DNA from: Leptospirales bacterium
GTDB lineage: Bacteria; Spirochaetota; Leptospiria; Turneriellales; JAOUFE01
Assembly (NCBI GenBank): GCA_040326155.1
Contig: JBEQLE010000037.1
Coordinates: 1-41,621 of the forward strand
Direction: 5' to 3'
DNA length: 41,621 bases
Each line of letters starts with the position of its first letter. The first letter of the stretch is position 1. The position numbers and the translations under genes are program-made. The notes under the pieces were generated by a model. That model was not told the origin of the DNA. It saw nothing but the letters and a program-made list of their open reading frames with translations, and did no database searches. Positions 36,776 to 41,621 of this stretch are shown here, piece after piece.

Positions 36776-37558
36776 ATGGATTATCAAGCAAAAATGGATA
36801 AAGTAATACCTCTGGCAGAAAAAGCAGGGGCAATTATAATGGGCTATCTCAACAAAGAGAAGCAGATAGAATACAAAGGTGATATTGACCTTGTTACAGC
36901 AGCAGACAAAGAGTCTGAAAGCTACTTATTCGAAGCCCTACTAGTTGCATTCCCGGAAGATGGAATTCAAGCTGAAGAGGGTCATACAAAGGCCTCACAA
37001 TCGGGTTATACATGGATAGTCGACCCATTGGACGGAACAACGAGTTTTGCCCACTCTTTCCCGATGTTTGCCGTTTCCATTGGACTTGTAGACGAAAATC
37101 GGGTTCCGGTACTTGGAGTTGTCTACAATCCATTTTACAAAGAACTTTTCAGTGCTTATAAAAATGGCGGAGCTTTTCTAAATGGAGCTCCCATAGCGGT
37201 TTCAAAAATAGAAAGTGCAGAGAAAGCTTTAATCGGTACGGGTTTTCCTTATACACGACGTTCTCATATGGAAGAGATATTAAACCGGTTGGGTAAAATA
37301 CTGCATATTGTACACGATATTCGACGAACCGGCTCTGCGGCTCTTGACCTTTCCTTTGTGGCTTGTGGCAGGCTTGACGGGTACTATGAAACCGGTTTAA
37401 AACCTTGGGATGTAAGTGCCGGTATTATTATTGCCAGTGAAGCCGGAGCAATGTGTACAACGTTCAATGGCGGCCAAATCGATATTGATGTAGAAGAAAC
37501 GTTGATCTCAAATGGAATGTTTCATGTTGAATTATCGAAAATAATAGAGTCTATATAG
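36776..37558 (+). CDS. suhB: Inositol monophosphatase family protein
   Basis: DLVTAAD, AEE, WIVDPLDGT, RRTGSAALDL and PWDVSAG. Confidence 0.93.
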   Translation: MDYQAKMDKVIPLAEKAGAIIMGYLNKEKQIEYKGDIDLVTAADKESESYLFEALLVAFPEDGIQAEEGHTKASQSGYTWIVDPLDGTTSFAHSFPMFAVSIGLVDENRVPVLGVVYNPFYKELFSAYKNGGAFLNGAPIAVSKIESAEKALIGTGFPYTRRSHMEEILNRLGKILHIVHDIRRTGSAALDLSFVACGRLDGYYETGLKPWDVSAGIIIASEAGAMCTTFNGGQIDIDVEETLISNGMFHVELSKIIESI

Positions 37559-37619
37559 ATAAACATTGCGTAGGCAATGTGTCGATAATAAAAGATATAG
37601 AAATATTTCAGGAGACGGA

Positions 37620-38822
37620 ATGGAAAACAAACAGATGCAGGCTACGGAGACAGAAGTACAGGAAATATTTGAAACCTTGAGAGAAAAAAAGCGCGATAAT
37701 AGCGTAATAACAGAACCTGAAAAAATAGTATATATAATTAAAGAATACATAGGTAATAAAGATAACTACTTAATAAACTCCTTTCCTTTGGTTTCTTTCA
37801 AGATTACCTCGTATGAAACAAATGGCGAAGTACTGCTGAGTTCTTCAAGCCCGTATAAAGTTGAAGGAGAGTTCACAACCTACGTTACATTTAAAAAGCA
37901 TATTGAACTAAAATGTGAATTCATTGAGAATGTGGATGGTAAAATAAAAGCCAGGATTATTGAAGCAAGAATAGCGAAAGAAGGAAGAAAAACAAAAAGA
38001 GTGAATGTAAAAGATCACGAAGTGTTTGGAAACCGTTTTTTAATATCGAAAAACAAAATTGATTTAAATCCATTATCCTACTCTGTCTCGAACCGGGTTA
38101 TTTTCGGCGACGTGGAACGAGCGATCGGTGAAAAATACCCTGGAATAAAGATTCTCGATATGGACCCTATGAATGATACTTTAGAAAAAAAGTTTTTAAA
38201 AAAGTATAACCAGGGGTGGCTTGTGGAGGATGTTCACGAACCTGAAGCGTATTCACCATCCGAACCGGATATGTTAAATTTATCGTCTACTCCGGGTTTC
38301 GAGGTTGCAAAAACAGTACAGAAATTTAAAAGCGGGGGTACCAAAAGCTGGATTTGTCGACCCCTGAGATATACGAACATTGCCGGTCAGAATTTCCCGA
38401 TCGGGTATTTTGTAATTAAATCTAACGACCGTCACTACACTCTTGAAGATTATCAGAACCTGGAAGAAGAAGAGAACAAGATTATTGAAAGAATTAAAGA
38501 TGCAAATACCGTATTAGTTGATGTCAAAGAACAGGTTCAAAACATAGGGGCCAACGGAGTATTGCTTGAAGTCTCCGACAGGGAATTTCAAGATTACGTA
38601 CTTAACCGGACAGATTTATCCTTTGACCTGTTATTTAAATACCAGCCGGGACTGCGATATTATACTCAAATTACACATATCAAAAGAAAAGCTAATGATA
38701 AATTACTGGTTGGAATGTCTTTTCATGGGGTAGTTTATTCGGGTTCGGGGGGAAGTAAAAATAAGAAGATATTACAAGACTCCCTGTCTTACCTGGTAAA
38801 ACAAGGAGCCCCTGTAATTTAG
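37620..38822 (+). CDS. DUF1577-like/PilZ-related protein
   Basis: GGAG before ATG 37620. RKTKR (RxxxR), C-terminal NIGANG PilZ-like barrel and a GAF-like PIGY segment. Confidence 0.7.
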   Translation: MENKQMQATETEVQEIFETLREKKRDNSVITEPEKIVYIIKEYIGNKDNYLINSFPLVSFKITSYETNGEVLLSSSSPYKVEGEFTTYVTFKKHIELKCEFIENVDGKIKARIIEARIAKEGRKTKRVNVKDHEVFGNRFLISKNKIDLNPLSYSVSNRVIFGDVERAIGEKYPGIKILDMDPMNDTLEKKFLKKYNQGWLVEDVHEPEAYSPSEPDMLNLSSTPGFEVAKTVQKFKSGGTKSWICRPLRYTNIAGQNFPIGYFVIKSNDRHYTLEDYQNLEEEENKIIERIKDANTVLVDVKEQVQNIGANGVLLEVSDREFQDYVLNRTDLSFDLLFKYQPGLRYYTQITHIKRKANDKLLVGMSFHGVVYSGSGGSKNKKILQDSLSYLVKQGAPVI

Positions 38823-38827
38823 TTAAT

Positions 38828-40273
38828 TTAATCCAACTCTTCTAATGACGAGATAAAACCTTCGATGGTTTTTTTCGCATCACCAAAAATCATTGTTGTA
38901 TTGTCTTTAAAGAATAACTCATTTTCAATTCCAGCAAAGCCGGGTTTCATGGAGCGTTTCAAAACAAATACTTGTTGTGCTTCTTCCACGTTAAGAACGG
39001 GCATTCCGTAAATCGGACTGCTTTTGTTGGTTTTTGCAGCCGGGTTTACAACGTCATTCGCTCCGATTACGATAGCAACATTTGTCTTAGAAAAGTGTTT
39101 GTTGATATCCATGTCATAGAGTTTTTCATAATCAATGCCGGCTTCTGCCAATAACACGTTCATATGACCCGGCATACGCCCGGCAACAGGGTGAATGGCA
39201 AATTTTACATCAATACCGCGCTCTTCGAGTTGGTCGGTAAGTTCTTTCACTGCGTGTTGCGCCTGAGATACAGCCATTCCATAACCGGGAACAAATATTA
39301 CCGATTCGGCCTGATCTAATATCATGCCGGCTTCGTCTGGAGACATGCTTTTAACAGTTCCCTGGAACCCACCTTCTTCGCCGCCGCCTGAAGTCTCCGC
39401 TCCAAAACCGCCGAAAATTACATTAGCAAGAGATCGATTCATCGCTTTACACATGATCATTGTGAGAATAATACCGGAAGCTCCAACAAGGGAACCGACA
39501 ATTACCAATGCGTTGTTCGATAGAACGAAACCAGTCATTGCCACTGCAATACCTGAATAAGAGTTCAAAAGTGAAACAACAACGGGCATATCTGCGCCGC
39601 CAATGGGTATCGTCAGGGTTATTCCAATAAAAAACGAGACTCCAACAATTGCCCAGAAATACATTTCGTTGGAAGGTTCATTAAATAAGAAAATCGTTAA
39701 TGCGATTATTCCGATAAACATCGCAGCATTTAATAACTGTTGTCCAAAGAATAAAATGGGTTTCGTTGGTAAAAACTCAGCAAGTTTACCAAAAGCTATA
39801 AAACTCCCGGAAAAGGTGACTAGGCCCACCAGAACAGAAAGAATCATAGTTACGTAGATAATCATGTTACCTTCGAAACCTACTGATCCTGTTGAACCCA
39901 CATTAACTGCGGCCTCCGCAAAAGAGGCGGTTTGTTCATAATACTCGGCAATTGCAACTAAGGTAGATGCAATACCTCCGAAACCGTTAAAAATTGCAAC
40001 CATCTCCGGCATTGAAGTCATAGCTACTTTTTTAGCCATGATAATACCAATGAGACCCCCGATTACAATACCGGCAGTATAAAGTTTCCAGTCGATAATT
40101 TCATTATTTGCCAGGGTTATGGCAATAGCAAGAAACATACCAAAAGCGGATAAAAGATTCCCCTTTCTGGCTGTTCTCGGACTGCCTAATTTTTTAAGAC
40201 CAATAACAAAGAATATTACAGATACGAGATATATTAAATCTCGAAACCATGCTTCTGTGAGTATATTTGGCAT
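38828..40273 (-). CDS. pntB: NAD(P) transhydrogenase subunit beta
   Basis: GGADMPVV, CKAMNRS, PGYGMA, HPVAGRMPGHMNVLLAEA and GANDVVNPAA. Confidence 0.97.
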   Translation of the reverse strand: MPNILTEAWFRDLIYLVSVIFFVIGLKKLGSPRTARKGNLLSAFGMFLAIAITLANNEIIDWKLYTAGIVIGGLIGIIMAKKVAMTSMPEMVAIFNGFGGIASTLVAIAEYYEQTASFAEAAVNVGSTGSVGFEGNMIIYVTMILSVLVGLVTFSGSFIAFGKLAEFLPTKPILFFGQQLLNAAMFIGIIALTIFLFNEPSNEMYFWAIVGVSFFIGITLTIPIGGADMPVVVSLLNSYSGIAVAMTGFVLSNNALVIVGSLVGASGIILTMIMCKAMNRSLANVIFGGFGAETSGGGEEGGFQGTVKSMSPDEAGMILDQAESVIFVPGYGMAVSQAQHAVKELTDQLEERGIDVKFAIHPVAGRMPGHMNVLLAEAGIDYEKLYDMDINKHFSKTNVAIVIGANDVVNPAAKTNKSSPIYGMPVLNVEEAQQVFVLKRSMKPGFAGIENELFFKDNTTMIFGDAKKTIEGFISSLEELD

Positions 40274-40293
40274 TTTTCCTTCCTCTACTCAAA

Positions 40294-40590
40294 CTATTTC
40301 TTTTTGCTTTTGAACATTTCAAGCATTCTGTCGGTTACCAGGTAACCTCCAAAAACGTTGATTGCCGCAAAAAGAACTGCAAGAAAACCGACTACAGCAG
40401 TTAACTCGCCAAACGTATCGTGCTTACCAGCGACGACCAGTGCTCCCAATATTGTAATTCCGGAAATTGCATTTGAACCGGACATAAGGGGAGTATGGAG
40501 TGTCGGCGGGACTTTTGATATTAATTCGAAACCGACAAAAATAGCCAGAACGAATATATACATAACCATCATGATTTCAGAACCATTCAT
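40294..40590 (-). CDS. pntA: NAD(P) transhydrogenase subunit alpha part 2 (membrane)
   Basis: LHTPLMSGSNAISG and GGYLVTDRML. Confidence 0.95.
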   Translation of the reverse strand: MNGSEIMMVMYIFVLAIFVGFELISKVPPTLHTPLMSGSNAISGITILGALVVAGKHDTFGELTAVVGFLAVLFAAINVFGGYLVTDRMLEMFKSKKK

Positions 40591-40604
40591 AATTATCCTC
40601 CGGA

Positions 40605-41621
40605 TTACTTTTTCTTTCCAAACGATTTTACGATTTCAGAAACAAGCTCACCATCTTTTGTGAGCATTGTTCGCTGGAATATTTCATCGTCTTTTTCCAG
40701 GTCGATTTTACCGTCTTCGACCATGTACAATAATAAATTTTCAACATTCTTTGAAAACAGCTTACTTGCGTGCGTTGCTATTGTAGAAGTAATATTCTCA
40801 ATACCAACAATGGTAACACCGTTTACATCGATTTCCTTCCCGGGTTTGGTAAGCTGGCAATTTCCACCCTGCTCTGCGGCAAGGTCAATGATGATCGAAC
40901 CTGGTTTCATGTTTTTAACCATATAGTCTTTCACCAATATTGGTGCTTTTCTTCCAAAAACCTGGGCTGTGGTAATACATATGTCAGACTTACTGAGGTG
41001 TTTGTCAATCAGTTCCATTTCCATTTTAATGAACTCCGGGCTGGCCATTTTGGCATATCCCTGTTCATCTTGCATGTCTTCCGTAAGAGGCATGTCGATA
41101 AATTTACCGCCAAGACTCTGTACTTCCTCTTTTACGGCAGGCCTCAAGTCAAAAGCTTCCACAACGGCGCCAAGACGCTTCGCTGTAGCAATAGCTTGAA
41201 GACCGGCAACTCCGGCCCCGATTACGAGAACCTTTGCCGGTTGAATCGTACCTGCAGCTGTCATCATCATGGGCAGATATTTCTGCAGCTTTTCAGCAGC
41301 CATAATAACAGCCTTGTACCCGGCCAAAGAGGCAAGCGAGCTGAGTATATCCATAGACTGGGCAAGACTGGAACGAGGAATAAATTCCAACGCAAAAGTA
41401 TTTAACTTTTTAGCCTTATACTCTTTTAAGTTCGCTTTTTGATTTATAGGGTCTTGAAGACAAAACAAATGTGTACCTGGTTTCAGGTGCGCTGCTTCAT
41501 TTTTACCCTGGTGTTTAGTCGGTGGTCCGACTTTCACCAGAATTTCAACCTGCGATGCAAGTTTTTTATAGTCAGGAACGATTTTCGCTCCTGCATCTTT
41601 ATAGTCCTTGTCTGGATAGAG
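40605..41621 (-). CDS. pntA: NAD(P) transhydrogenase subunit alpha part 1 (start lies beyond the right edge)
   Basis: AQSMDILSS, GAGVAGLQAIATA, GYAK and DLAAEQGGNC. The frame is open to 41621. Confidence 0.95.
   Translation of the reverse strand, partial: LYPDKDYKDAGAKIVPDYKKLASQVEILVKVGPPTKHQGKNEAAHLKPGTHLFCLQDPINQKANLKEYKAKKLNTFALEFIPRSSLAQSMDILSSLASLAGYKAVIMAAEKLQKYLPMMMTAAGTIQPAKVLVIGAGVAGLQAIATAKRLGAVVEAFDLRPAVKEEVQSLGGKFIDMPLTEDMQDEQGYAKMASPEFIKMEMELIDKHLSKSDICITTAQVFGRKAPILVKDYMVKNMKPGSIIIDLAAEQGGNCQLTKPGKEIDVNGVTIVGIENITSTIATHASKLFSKNVENLLLYMVEDGKIDLEKDDEIFQRTMLTKDGELVSEIVKSFGKKK

Noticed and set aside
40770..41405. 211-aa + strand ORF
   Set aside because: Antisense shadow of pntA.
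38828..41621. Three-gene split transhydrogenase as a novelty
   Set aside because: The alpha1/alpha2/beta organisation is well known (for example in Rhodospirillum rubrum and Thermus thermophilus).

Overview
AT-rich bacterial chromosomal DNA, most likely from a free-living spirochaete of the Leptospirales. This is inferred from spirochaete-type lipoboxes, DUF1577/PilZ-like and DUF2225-like genes, an Ig-domain OmpA protein and a yqeK-LCP-rsfS block. The left part (1-16.9 kb) is accessory. It holds a GH18-motif lipoprotein, an internally deleted SIR2-TPR gene, a phosphoesterase/beta-barrel pair, a small low-GC island, aroC and a five-gene exported-protein cluster (8477-15657). That cluster encodes a 1224-aa modular zinc-metallopeptidase lipoprotein, two paralogous lipoproteins, a secreted protein and a kexin/furin-like S8 protease. 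The right part is mainly housekeeping: pcnB, apbC/mrp, dcd, Fn3 and TPR proteins, cobC-cobU-cobT-cobS, an M16C peptidase, rsfS, LCP, yqeK, suhB and pntA1/A2/B. The best novelty candidates are (i) the 8.5-15.7 kb cluster, whose large protein has an R|GFFG amphipathic segment and a mirror-symmetric Cys 'stalk-and-knob' C-terminus, and (ii) a 76-nt intergenic element present twice (162-237 and 16800-16875) with three conserved, identically spaced blocks. No rRNA, tRNA, CRISPR array or intact transposase was recognised. All family calls come from motif reading, not database searches.
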